From IMG/VR virus record IMGVR_UViG_3300006329_000001, positions 32,001-96,000 of that record: DNA of 64,000 nucleotides. One strand, written 5' to 3'. Made by a program: the position numbers and the translations under genes. Positions 7,485 through 16,326 of this stretch are shown here, piece by piece (position 1 is the first letter of the stretch; every line of letters begins with the position of its first letter). The notes beneath the pieces are model-generated. The model was not told the DNA's origin, made no database searches, and worked only from the letters and a program-made list of their open reading frames with translations. Origin of the DNA: a virus.

Positions 7485-10256
7485 TTATGATACTAACTCA
7501 CTGAAGCTTGCTCCAGATCTTGTTGCTGTGAATGTCAATGTGATGAAGTTGATACTACGTGTTGGCTTCACGAAGATTTCAGCATAGAATTCACCACGGT
7601 CAATAGACTCGGCAGGGTTGTTAGTGCTGTCGCAGACTACTAAGAAGTCAACGATACCACGACGTGCTTGCACACTGCGTAGGAAAGGCTCAACTATGTT
7701 CTTGAATTGTGCACGAGTAAACTCGTCATTTAATTCAAAGAGTTGTGTCTTAGCAGCAGCAGAAATTGCTTCCTCTATGACTAAGAATAACCTTCTTACG
7801 TTAATTCTATCGAATGCAGACTGATAAGAAAGTGCAGTCTTATCTCCGAAGAGGACTAATCCTTCTCCAGGGAATGCTACGATTGGGTTAACTCTTGAAG
7901 CATAAAGTGTGTCTCTATGATCTTTAAGAGGTGAGTAAGCAAGTTTGATTGCATTAAGTAACTGTCCTCTGTTGAAACCAGCTGGTGAATACCAAGGTTC
8001 TTGGTTGATAGTTGTGCTTAATACAAGTCCTGCAACGTCTGCGTTACATGGGATGTAACGATAAACATCATTATACTTGTCGTAGATATACTTGTAGTTG
8101 TTATCAAATACAGCATATGATGAGCTTGATAACTGGTCGTAGTAGTTAACTGTTCTTGTTACGATATCAGAAACTCTAGGTTGACCAATAATATCACCAC
8201 GATAAGGAGATACGAAAGCAATACAATCTTTTCTAGCAGCAGCAATAGAAATTATGTGCTGTGCTTTAGCGATTGTATCATCAACACCACTCATTGATGG
8301 ACCCATTAGAATGTAGTCTACATCAACTGTCTCAGCATCGTTGAATAGATCGTATGCAGCGAGTGAGTTTGGCCTTGAAACTGTATATCCGTCTACACCA
8401 CCTTGTAGACTATACTTAAGTGTTGCTCTATGCTTTGTACCAAGTAGAGCGAGTGATAATGGATTTGTACCACTTGGGTCATCCATGTTATTCAAGGATG
8501 AATCTGATTTAATAAGGTCAAATTCCTTATTAATACCTGACACACCCCATGATCCAGCAGCGTTAGTATCTTTATCATATACCTGTGCTGTTTCGTGACT
8601 ACCCCAATAGAGATACTCAGAGAAATTCTTAATTACATCTTTGTAATAGATGTTATCGCCTTGAGGTGACTTAGCATCTGTTGCTTTAGAAACATTAAGA
8701 TGCTTCTCAATAACTGATCCAGGAACTCCTGTTACTGCTCCATCTCCATCGATGACTAAGATGTGCATTAAGTCATTGTGTCCACCACGGTCAGCAGTCC
8801 ATGCTGAAGTAGTAGGTCTTGCAGCTAAGTTAATCCACTTAGCATTTTCTCCGTAAATTCTTGACTCATAGTCAGACTCTACGTTAGCAACAGCGATTGT
8901 TGTAGTATTTTTATCAACAACTGTCTGGTTTGCTTGGAACTGAGGTGACCCTTGATTAAGAGCAACACGCAATTCACGAGTTACAGACTCAACAACTCCT
9001 GCATCACCAGTGGCAGAGCCAGGTGTGTTAGAGTTATTTGCTAACTCAGAAATTGTGTCTCCAACTTCAATGATGTCAGCAGATGTAGAGTCAACAGTTA
9101 TTTCTAACTTGCGATGCTCTTCATCATATCCAACAACACGTCCAGTAACACCACCACTAACAGCAGTGATATAGTTGTCTGTCTGGAATTTACCTATTAA
9201 AGTTGCAGCATCAGCGAAAGTAACAGTAACTGTGTATGAATATACACGACCATATACGTTAGCAGATGAATAGGAAACTTCAGCGTTATTATCGAATTCC
9301 CACTCAGCACTTGTTGGTTGAGCAAGATAAAGAATTTGGTCAGGACCAGCGTCTGTTACAAGAACTCTTAGTGAGTTACCGTAAATACCAGCTGTTTTAG
9401 CACCCCACTTCCAGTTGTTAGAAGCAGTCTCTACATTAGATTCGTAAGCATCAAGATTCTTAATGAGAGGTGAAGCAACACCAGTAGCAGTTTGCTCATT
9501 GATTGTTGTCTTCTGTGATGTAACATTCTGTAGGGTAACAGTAGATCCATCGGTATGAGATGTAGCAGTTGTGCCTAGCTGTGCTCTTACAACTGTCAAA
9601 TCATTACCTGCAACACCAGAAATTTGTAGGATTTCATCGTCAATTCTGATGTAACTGTTAGTACCACCACCTAGTGCAGCAGCAGATGTTACAGTCAGAG
9701 TTGTATCAGAATCAGTAAAGGTTGACCCTTCATTGATTGTAGAAGATGTACCAGCAGCTTCGATTAGAGTAATTGGTGCTGATGCAGCGTGACTAACAGC
9801 AGAAGTAGAAAGTTGACCTCGTAATACAACTACGTCGCTACCAGATACACTCTGGATAACTAATAATTCTGAGTCGATTAGTAGTACGTCTGCTACGTCG
9901 AAATCTGTTGATGAAGTAACAGTTAAAGTAGTGTCATTTGCACTAAAACTTGTTACTGTATACTGTGCAGTATCTATTGCGTTCTTTAAAGAATCGTTAG
10001 TTGCACGAACTATCTTAACGGTACCACCGTAAAGTAAGAACTGTGCTGCACTAAACCAATACTCGTAGTTATAGTCGGTAGGTTTACCAAATATGCTGAG
10101 AAGTTCCTTCTCGCTAGTTACATTTGTTATTTCCTCGACAGGACCTTTCTCAAACGCACCAACGATTGCAGCAATATTATCTACTGTTGCATTTGCGACG
10201 GTGGTCAGATCTCTCTCAAGAACAACAACTCCTGGTGAAAGCTGTGTCGAAGCCAT
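7485..10256 (-). CDS. gp18: Tail sheath protein gp18 with extra inserted domains
   Basis: SPGVVVLERDLT, WYSPAGFNRG, FDRINVRRLF and KPTRSINFITLTF motifs; 923 aa. Confidence 0.97.
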   Translation of the reverse strand: MASTQLSPGVVVLERDLTTVANATVDNIAAIVGAFEKGPVEEITNVTSEKELLSIFGKPTDYNYEYWFSAAQFLLYGGTVKIVRATNDSLKNAIDTAQYTVTSFSANDTTLTVTSSTDFDVADVLLIDSELLVIQSVSGSDVVVLRGQLSTSAVSHAASAPITLIEAAGTSSTINEGSTFTDSDTTLTVTSAAALGGGTNSYIRIDDEILQISGVAGNDLTVVRAQLGTTATSHTDGSTVTLQNVTSQKTTINEQTATGVASPLIKNLDAYESNVETASNNWKWGAKTAGIYGNSLRVLVTDAGPDQILYLAQPTSAEWEFDNNAEVSYSSANVYGRVYSYTVTVTFADAATLIGKFQTDNYITAVSGGVTGRVVGYDEEHRKLEITVDSTSADIIEVGDTISELANNSNTPGSATGDAGVVESVTRELRVALNQGSPQFQANQTVVDKNTTTIAVANVESDYESRIYGENAKWINLAARPTTSAWTADRGGHNDLMHILVIDGDGAVTGVPGSVIEKHLNVSKATDAKSPQGDNIYYKDVIKNFSEYLYWGSHETAQVYDKDTNAAGSWGVSGINKEFDLIKSDSSLNNMDDPSGTNPLSLALLGTKHRATLKYSLQGGVDGYTVSRPNSLAAYDLFNDAETVDVDYILMGPSMSGVDDTIAKAQHIISIAAARKDCIAFVSPYRGDIIGQPRVSDIVTRTVNYYDQLSSSSYAVFDNNYKYIYDKYNDVYRYIPCNADVAGLVLSTTINQEPWYSPAGFNRGQLLNAIKLAYSPLKDHRDTLYASRVNPIVAFPGEGLVLFGDKTALSYQSAFDRINVRRLFLVIEEAISAAAKTQLFELNDEFTRAQFKNIVEPFLRSVQARRGIVDFLVVCDSTNNPAESIDRGEFYAEIFVKPTRSINFITLTFTATRSGASFSELVS

Positions 10257-10296
10257 GTGTGATCTCCTGAATGAATTCCAATTCGGATGCTGAAAT

Positions 10297-10304
10297 TATT
10301 TATA
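10297..10304 (-). promoter_or_regulatory. T4 late promoter TATAAATA upstream of gp18
   Basis: Perfect consensus in the intergenic gap. Confidence 0.8.
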
Positions 10305-10315
10305 GAAATGTATAT

Positions 10316-11974
10316 TTACGAGAGGTAGTCCCACATATATGCCTTATCTCCGTACTCATCTGTCTTCCAAGTGTCGCCTTCCGCATCCGTGAAGGTCTCC
10401 TCGTACTGAACTCCGTCATCGATAAAACCAAACGGAGCCATGTCCGCTTCTATACCATCTTTTTGCTCCTGATACATGCGGAGACGTACGTCATCGTCAT
10501 GTAATTCTCTGAAGTAATCTGTGGTTGCTAACCATGCAAAAATAACTAAGCACATTGCTAAGTCATCGTTACATCCTTCCTCAGCTTCCCATGCTGGACC
10601 TCTCTGAATGAATGTAGTTAGCTCTGCCATAATATCATAGTCCTTAAAGATGAGTTTGTCATCTTCAATCAACTGTTTTAGGTTAGAGCAACCAGTCTTC
10701 TTGACTGTTGTGCTCATCTTAACCCCTAGTTGTACCTTGGTACCACTAAATCCTTGTCCTACTACCTGACCTGCCCTACCTCTCATGGCACACATGAGTA
10801 AATTCTCGTATTCTAGGTCAAATTGTATAATATCTGCTACCTGTCCACCAATATCATTAACTTCTATCATTATATACGCCTGGTTATATGCAGTGGCGAC
10901 CCTATGAATGATATCTGGGAATAATAATGGTTTAATCTTATTGTTTCTATACTTTGCTACCACCATATAGGGTATTTCTGTGGTATCTACCACTGTAAAT
11001 GCAGAATAATCCTTAGTTAGACCCCTAGCAACGTCAACACAGATGTGATATGAGTGTCCTTGCACTGGATCTTCATAGACTGACAGTCCTGCTTCCTTCT
11101 TAATAGGTTCTTCGTATATTAATGTCTTTAATTTAGTACTACTGATGAGAGTATTAACAGATCCTAGGAATTCACACTCAAATTCTTGGTTGAATTGCTC
11201 CTCTGATGTGTTTCGTATCGTCTCTTCTTTCCACTTTGCATCTCTACCTGGTACCTGTTGCCAGTGTACCTCTGTTGTGGTGTATTCATTCTGTCCTTTC
11301 TCTGCATCATGCCACAGTTTATAGAACATATTCATACCCTTGGGGGTAGATATGATTATAACTTTAGTGCTCTTACCAGAAGATATAGTAGGATAGACAG
11401 AACTAAAGAACTCGTCAGCAATATGCGTCGGAATAAAGGCGAATTCGTCCAGAAATATAATGTTAAAGGACATACCCCGAACAGCACTTGCAGAAGTAGA
11501 AGCAGCCAAGATCTTACTTCCATTCTCCAACTCCAAGGAGCCCCTGTTCCAGTTGACCACACCTTGTTGAAGCCATTTAGGGAGATTTTCGTAAGAAAGT
11601 TGTAACCTTCCCAACATTTCTCTTGCAGTGGCTGCTTTGTTTGCGAGGATTGCGATGTTGACATTATCATTAAAGATTGCGTACCACAGTAGATATGCAG
11701 TAACCACTGTAGATTTACCTGACTGACGTGGTAGCTTTGCTATATTGAATCTATTCTCATGGAATCGATTCACCATGTCTTCTTGGAAATCGTACAGATC
11801 AAAACCAACTATACCTTGATCGAGGTTAACGATCTTAATATAGTTGCGAATAAAATAAACAGGATCCTGACTACACTTTATAAACTCCTTCACCTGTTTA
11901 GGTGTGAAGTTAGTGTTAACGTTAGCCCGTTTGAGATTGGGGTTACCTAGATATATCTCCTGCTTTTCTGGCAT
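10316..11974 (-). CDS. gp17: Terminase large subunit gp17
   Basis: YLGNPNLK, Walker A RQSGKST, Walker B IIFLDEFAF, motif III STPKG, nuclease DVARG and NDDLAM. Confidence 0.98.
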   Translation of the reverse strand: MPEKQEIYLGNPNLKRANVNTNFTPKQVKEFIKCSQDPVYFIRNYIKIVNLDQGIVGFDLYDFQEDMVNRFHENRFNIAKLPRQSGKSTVVTAYLLWYAIFNDNVNIAILANKAATAREMLGRLQLSYENLPKWLQQGVVNWNRGSLELENGSKILAASTSASAVRGMSFNIIFLDEFAFIPTHIADEFFSSVYPTISSGKSTKVIIISTPKGMNMFYKLWHDAEKGQNEYTTTEVHWQQVPGRDAKWKEETIRNTSEEQFNQEFECEFLGSVNTLISSTKLKTLIYEEPIKKEAGLSVYEDPVQGHSYHICVDVARGLTKDYSAFTVVDTTEIPYMVVAKYRNNKIKPLLFPDIIHRVATAYNQAYIMIEVNDIGGQVADIIQFDLEYENLLMCAMRGRAGQVVGQGFSGTKVQLGVKMSTTVKKTGCSNLKQLIEDDKLIFKDYDIMAELTTFIQRGPAWEAEEGCNDDLAMCLVIFAWLATTDYFRELHDDDVRLRMYQEQKDGIEADMAPFGFIDDGVQYEETFTDAEGDTWKTDEYGDKAYMWDYLS

Positions 11975-12204
11975 TATAGTACCTGTACAACTCCTTTAAC
12001 ATCTGGAATATCTTCCATCAGTTTACGTTCAATACCTTGCTTCAAGGTCATAGTGCTCATAGCACATGTAGAACATGCACCACCTAATCTAACTTTAACA
12101 TATTTATCTTCTGTTTCAACATACTCTAAGAAACCACCATCAGCTTCGATGTATGGTGCTAATTCGCTGAGTACATTTATCACATTAGAATCATTAAGTT
12201 CCAT
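11974..12204 (-). CDS. NifU/NfuA-like Fe-S scaffold (NifU C-terminal domain)
   Basis: PYIEADGG...VKVRLGGACSTCAMSTMTLKQGIERKL with the CxxC motif; TAATG overlap with the gp17 start. Confidence 0.88.
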   Translation of the reverse strand: MELNDSNVINVLSELAPYIEADGGFLEYVETEDKYVKVRLGGACSTCAMSTMTLKQGIERKLMEDIPDVKGVVQVL

Positions 12205-12388
12205 TGGCTTCTTTTATTGCCTCTACGATAGTTCTCTTCAGTTGATTCTGTTTCTTTCTACCGATACCAACAGATGCATCTATCTTTACTTTAACCCAGT
12301 AAAGACCTATTATTACTAGAGTAAATGGAATAGCATCAGCCCAACTGATCTCATTCCATGCCTCTACGACATTTAACATTCCAAACAT
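12194..12388 (-). CDS. Small membrane protein
   Basis: One hydrophobic helix (AIPFTLVIIGLYWV) and a basic tail; overlaps neighbours. Confidence 0.6.
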   Translation of the reverse strand: MFGMLNVVEAWNEISWADAIPFTLVIIGLYWVKVKIDASVGIGRKKQNQLKRTIVEAIKEANGT

Positions 12389-12930
12389 TAGTATAATCCA
12401 GGTAAGTTTGCAGCAGTAGTAGACTGTAATCCGTCTCCTACTTCGGGTAAGGGATCACCCTCGTCAGGTGCTTCGGGTAAGGTACCTTGTGCTCTACGAA
12501 TCTCTCTTAACTCTCCGAAGTTTTTATTCTTCGTACCTCCATCATACTCCCAAGCATATCCCTCAGCAATCATTTGTTCGTTGAGTGATGTATCATCATC
12601 GCCAACGTATAACCAACCAAGAAGCCTACCATACTTACCCATGCCACCTTTAAGTTCAGTTCTGATAGTAAGTTCATTGTCTCCTTTAATTGTATCTTCT
12701 AACGTTCCTTTCATCCAGTTAGTAGCATCTATTCCCAGTGCCTTCTCTTCTAAATCTCTAGTCCTCTTCTCAGGAGTATCGATACCAGCTATTCTAACAC
12801 GTTCGTGCTTATAGATATCAAATCCTAAGTCTATTACCACGTCAATGGTATCTCCATCAACTACTTTTGTTACTTCCGTCACTCGGAAGTTGTAACAACT
12901 CTTCCGAGATGGTGGTGTCATCTTTCCCAT
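12388..12930 (-). CDS. Thermonuclease (staphylococcal nuclease-like) family protein
   Basis: VVDGDTIDV, RVRIAGIDTPE, KYGRLLG and LNEQMIAEGYAWEY motifs. The start is probably MGKMTPP (12930). Confidence 0.88.
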   Translation of the reverse strand: MGKMTPPSRKSCYNFRVTEVTKVVDGDTIDVVIDLGFDIYKHERVRIAGIDTPEKRTRDLEEKALGIDATNWMKGTLEDTIKGDNELTIRTELKGGMGKYGRLLGWLYVGDDDTSLNEQMIAEGYAWEYDGGTKNKNFGELREIRRAQGTLPEAPDEGDPLPEVGDGLQSTTAANLPGLY

Positions 12931-13027
12931 TTGGATACCAATCATCATACTTAAATATGTATACGATTACCACCCCTACCGCAATGAGTAGTATTGCGAT
13001 CATCCAGATAACACCCCAGACTACCAT
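12857..13027 (-). CDS. Small membrane protein, not in track (MVVWGVIWMIAILLIAVGVVIVYIFKYDD...)
   Basis: Manual translation; TAATG coupling to the upstream ORF; N-terminal TM helix. The C-terminus overlaps the nuclease start. Confidence 0.5.
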   Translation of the reverse strand: MVVWGVIWMIAILLIAVGVVIVYIFKYDDWYPNGKDDTTISEELLQLPSDGSNKSS

Positions 13028-13140
13028 TAAACGTATGCTTCTGCTGCTAGTCTAAATGCTAACCCTAGAGATGTGCCCATGATGGTGAGACGACTCATCC
13101 ACCACATTATCTCGTGCTTGTTTTTAGTGATGCGGCTCAT
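13027..13140 (-). CDS. 37-aa hydrophobic peptide, not in track (MSRITKNKHEIMWWMSRLTIMGTSLGLAFRLAAEAYV)
   Basis: ATGA overlap with the upstream ORF, GGAG just upstream, and TAATG overlap with the downstream ORF. Confidence 0.55.
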   Translation of the reverse strand: MSRITKNKHEIMWWMSRLTIMGTSLGLAFRLAAEAYV

Positions 13141-13304
13141 AGCTCCATCCCCATAGTGCAGTAGTCAATAAAATGAGGATGCTCCCTTAGACCAGGGACA
13201 TCCTCCTTGCTGTGCTGTATTGCTTCATATGCATCTGTGGCATACTCACAGATTTCATAGTGGTTGCGGCTTGTATCGTGGTAGCCAACCGTATAGTGGG
13301 ACAT
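13137..13304 (-). CDS. 55-aa His/Cys-rich hypothetical, not in track (MSHYTVGYHDTSRNHYEICEYA...)
   Basis: GGAG RBS and an ATAAATA promoter (13340-13346) upstream. Resembles small proteins I recall from cyanophages and picocyanobacteria. Confidence 0.65.
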   Translation of the reverse strand: MSHYTVGYHDTSRNHYEICEYATDAYEAIQHSKEDVPGLREHPHFIDYCTMGMEL

Positions 13305-13342
13305 GATAGTTTCAACTCCACTGTGTCAAACGACATAAGTAT

Positions 13343-13483
13343 TTATGCCTTTTTGGTATCAGATGCTTCCTTTTTTAAGGCTTTCCTAACCTGCTTTGCA
13401 TAGTATACTTCTGCTTTAGTATACTGCTCAGGATGTTCTTTAGATCTCTTAATTAATAATTTTGCTGCTTTTTTGTCCTTCAA
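13343..13483 (-). CDS. 46-aa basic hypothetical, TTG start, not in track (MKDKKAAKLLIKRSKEHPEQY...)
   Basis: TTGA overlap with the upstream stop; perfect TATAAATA at 13515-13522. Confidence 0.55.
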   Translation of the reverse strand: MKDKKAAKLLIKRSKEHPEQYTKAEVYYAKQVRKALKKEASDTKKA

Positions 13484-13716
13484 GAATTGAGTTGCGACGG
13501 TGCTTTGAAATACTTATTTATAACTTCTACTTGATCATGGTACCTTGAAATCTTATCTAACTCAACACCGATTGCTTCAGTGATGTCAGAGTGCTCTCCA
13601 ATACCTGCTGGATGTTCCAGATAAACTTCTACATTTGCTCGATGCTTTGCGATTTCACCTTGAGCATGTGCTAATACTGCACGTAATAATTGCTCTCTCA
13701 TGTGTAACATTCCCAT
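13480..13716 (-). CDS. Conserved phage hypothetical (HPAGIGEHSDI motif)
   Basis: Helical 78-aa ORF with ATAAATA at 13759-13765 upstream. Confidence 0.7.
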   Translation of the reverse strand: MGMLHMREQLLRAVLAHAQGEIAKHRANVEVYLEHPAGIGEHSDITEAIGVELDKISRYHDQVEVINKYFKAPSQLNS

Positions 13717-13757
13717 AGTTTACTTAATCCTAGATTAATTATAACACAAATGTCAAA

Positions 13758-13883
13758 CTATTTATCTTTGTTACGAAATGCACAACGCAGTTCATGCTTC
13801 TCTATCCATGTGTATGGACGTGCATGACCTATTGGTGCTGTCAGTCCACAATACTTGCAGACTTTTCTTCTTTCTTCAACCAT
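13758..13883 (-). CDS. 41-aa putative zinc-finger peptide (CxxC...HxxxC)
   Basis: MVEERRKVCKYCG...KHELRC; the start overlaps the stop region of the 633-aa ORF. Confidence 0.5.
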   Translation of the reverse strand: MVEERRKVCKYCGLTAPIGHARPYTWIEKHELRCAFRNKDK

Positions 13884-15777
13884 AGTGATAACTCGGTTTG
13901 TTGGTCTTCTTAGATAGATTCTTACTTCTGACCTTTGTGCCAGATGTCTCACCATATCCTTTAGGATGCTTACCAGGTTTTGTCTTACCTAACTTCTCAG
14001 AAGGTTTTGGCTTCTTCGATTCAGTGTCATGTAATCTTGCTGGCTTATCCTTATCTTTAGTTATAACACTTTCTTGTCCATGTTTGCGACCCAATCGTCG
14101 CATAACTTTACCAAAGCGACGCTTACTCATTCCCTTACCTGGAGAGGTTTGGTATGATACTTCACGTCCTTTAGATCCATCATCATATTTGTATTCACCG
14201 ACACCCTTCTTATATCCGATGCCTTTCTTCTTGAGGTCTTTTTCGAGCCCCTTGCGGGACTCTTTATTCTTTTTTGCGTCTGTACCTCTGTCTGCACTAA
14301 TGTTACCAGTCTGTTGTGACTTAGACTTTTGCATCATACGAGTAGTAGGGTTACCTTCCTTAAGGAAATCACTGAATCTCTTCAGTCCATCCTTCTCATG
14401 ATACTCCCAGTGACCTTCTTTCACATGGTCAGCAGCTTTGTATAGAGGTTTGCCTGTCTTGGCATTCTTCTTACCTGACTTGTATCCTTGCCATGCAGGT
14501 GTGTTACCTTTCTTGTCAGCATTAGTAACAGTATACTCTTCCTTTGTTTCTGTCTTTCTCTTAGCAGCAGATGCTTTGTATAGTCTTACTGCTTGAGCAT
14601 TCTTCTTCTTAGCACCTTCCTTATCACCAGCATGTGCTAGTTTACCACGCTTCTTATCTGCTTCCTTTGAAGCTGCTAGTGCAGTATCAGCAGAGATCTC
14701 ATGTAATGTTTCTTCATTCTTGCTCTTAGCATTTGAATGATGTGATGAATCACCGAATGCAGGATTATTTTTATATTCTGGTTTTTGTTTTTTCTTTTCG
14801 TCTGATAATTTCTTTGCTTTCTTATCAAGATAATCCTTCATCGCACCTTTAGGTTTACCATCTCCTTTATAGAGACCATAAGATGTGCCTTCGTTGGTAT
14901 CCTCTTCTTTAGGACCAGCAGCTTTTCTAACTCCTTTTTGCACATGGTCAACAGCAGCATCTTTGGCACCTTCCTTAGCAGCATTGCCCAGTCTCTGCCC
15001 AAAACCAGCAGTCTTAGTACTACTACCAGCAGTGGTACCAGCAACGGATGCTTTCTTAGCAGCAGCACCTCCGACAGCTTTGGTTGCTCCAGCAGCAGCA
15101 CCAGCACCTTTGACAGCAGCAGCACCTTTCCCAGCAGCAGCAGCACCTTTCGCAGCGACAGCACCAACTTTGGCAGCCTTAGCACCAACTACCGCAGCTT
15201 TTGTTGCGAGAACCGCAGCAGTTACTGCTTCTTCATCTACTACTTGCTTAAAAGATTTAAGGACAAATGATTCCTTTTTAGTACTCATAATAGCTCCCTT
15301 GCCATGTTTCTTTTCAATGTTTTTCTTAACAATATCAAGTGCGGTAACACCTTTACCGTGCTCTTTTTCAGCTTGCTTTTGGTAAACAGTTTTACCTTTG
15401 GTTTTCTTTCCACTACTTCCAGAAGATGATCCACCACCTCCTTTCCATGTGCCTCTCTCTAATTGCTTATCCCTCCAGTGATCATAACCCTCTTCACCAA
15501 AGACTTCTTCATTGGTGTGTGCAAATGCTTTTCTCATTTTACCAATAGCATCTCCTCTAAGATGAGGTGGATACTTTGAGTCATCCTTCTTCTTCTTTTT
15601 CTTAACAGCATCACCCAGTTTACTATGTTCAATCTCTGGTTGATACCCTTTACCTTCTGCAGCTAGACTTCCTTCACCATGTTGTCTGGTGTTAAGTCTA
15701 TCTATAGCAGGATTCTTCTTCTTGACGAAGGATCTATGAGCTGCGGATTTGCCTTTAGGGTTTGACACGTTAGCCAC
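13876..15777 (-). CDS. Basic modular protein; probable capsid-internal polyprotein with a C-terminal SAM-lyase-like domain
   Basis: Lys-rich modules separated by Glu motifs, two capsid-targeting-like motifs, and a C-terminal ISADRG...GEY...E.S...QESVI pattern (see findings). Confidence 0.6.
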   Translation of the reverse strand: MANVSNPKGKSAAHRSFVKKKNPAIDRLNTRQHGEGSLAAEGKGYQPEIEHSKLGDAVKKKKKKDDSKYPPHLRGDAIGKMRKAFAHTNEEVFGEEGYDHWRDKQLERGTWKGGGGSSSGSSGKKTKGKTVYQKQAEKEHGKGVTALDIVKKNIEKKHGKGAIMSTKKESFVLKSFKQVVDEEAVTAAVLATKAAVVGAKAAKVGAVAAKGAAAAGKGAAAVKGAGAAAGATKAVGGAAAKKASVAGTTAGSSTKTAGFGQRLGNAAKEGAKDAAVDHVQKGVRKAAGPKEEDTNEGTSYGLYKGDGKPKGAMKDYLDKKAKKLSDEKKKQKPEYKNNPAFGDSSHHSNAKSKNEETLHEISADTALAASKEADKKRGKLAHAGDKEGAKKKNAQAVRLYKASAAKRKTETKEEYTVTNADKKGNTPAWQGYKSGKKNAKTGKPLYKAADHVKEGHWEYHEKDGLKRFSDFLKEGNPTTRMMQKSKSQQTGNISADRGTDAKKNKESRKGLEKDLKKKGIGYKKGVGEYKYDDGSKGREVSYQTSPGKGMSKRRFGKVMRRLGRKHGQESVITKDKDKPARLHDTESKKPKPSEKLGKTKPGKHPKGYGETSGTKVRSKNLSKKTNKPSYHYG

Positions 15778-16303
15778 CTACGACTTGGACTTGCTCTACT
15801 ACTACATCAGCACTACCAGCAGTCAGTTTAACTGCTCTATTAACTAGAGGAGTTTGACCTAGGATTAATTGTGCATCAGCATTAGCATAGTTTCCACCTG
15901 CACTAGATGAATCTATGTTGGTAGTTATGGTACCATCAGTTGTTGAAGCAACTGCTTTCCCACTACCTACAGCAGAAACAAATGCAGCAGCGTAATTTGT
16001 GTCACCACCATTCTGAGTAGAGATATAGTCTCCAGTCACAAACTTATGACCAGGAGTACCACCACTTTCTACAGTGATAACTTGAGGATTAGCACCAGTT
16101 GCAGAAGCAATTCGTGCATTTGCAGGTTTGCCACATGAGATTAACTCAGGGACACCAGCAGCGAGGGTAATTGCAGGTCCAGCATTGACTTGTATTGAAG
16201 ACGCTGAAGTTGCAAGGACACGCAATACACCAGATTTAACTGTGATGTAGGCAGTACCCGAACCACTTACTGTTTGCGTATCAATAACATTTAATACTGA
16301 CAT
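15770..16303 (-). CDS. Putative virion structural protein (beta-rich, Gly/Ala/Thr)
   Basis: Composition; late promoter ATAAATA at 16328-16334; follows gp16. Confidence 0.6.
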   Translation of the reverse strand: MSVLNVIDTQTVSGSGTAYITVKSGVLRVLATSASSIQVNAGPAITLAAGVPELISCGKPANARIASATGANPQVITVESGGTPGHKFVTGDYISTQNGGDTNYAAAFVSAVGSGKAVASTTDGTITTNIDSSSAGGNYANADAQLILGQTPLVNRAVKLTAGSADVVVEQVQVVGG

Positions 16304-16326
16304 TTTTAAAGAATACCTTTACTAGA

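Noticed and set aside
1677-11974. Introns, inteins or homing endonucleases in gp17, gp20 or gp23
   Set aside because: The ORFs are continuous and of normal length, with no splice-junction or endonuclease motifs.
14838-15385. Three alternative-frame ORFs over the Ala-rich segment
   Set aside because: The gca/gct low-complexity DNA lacks stops in several frames, which explains them.
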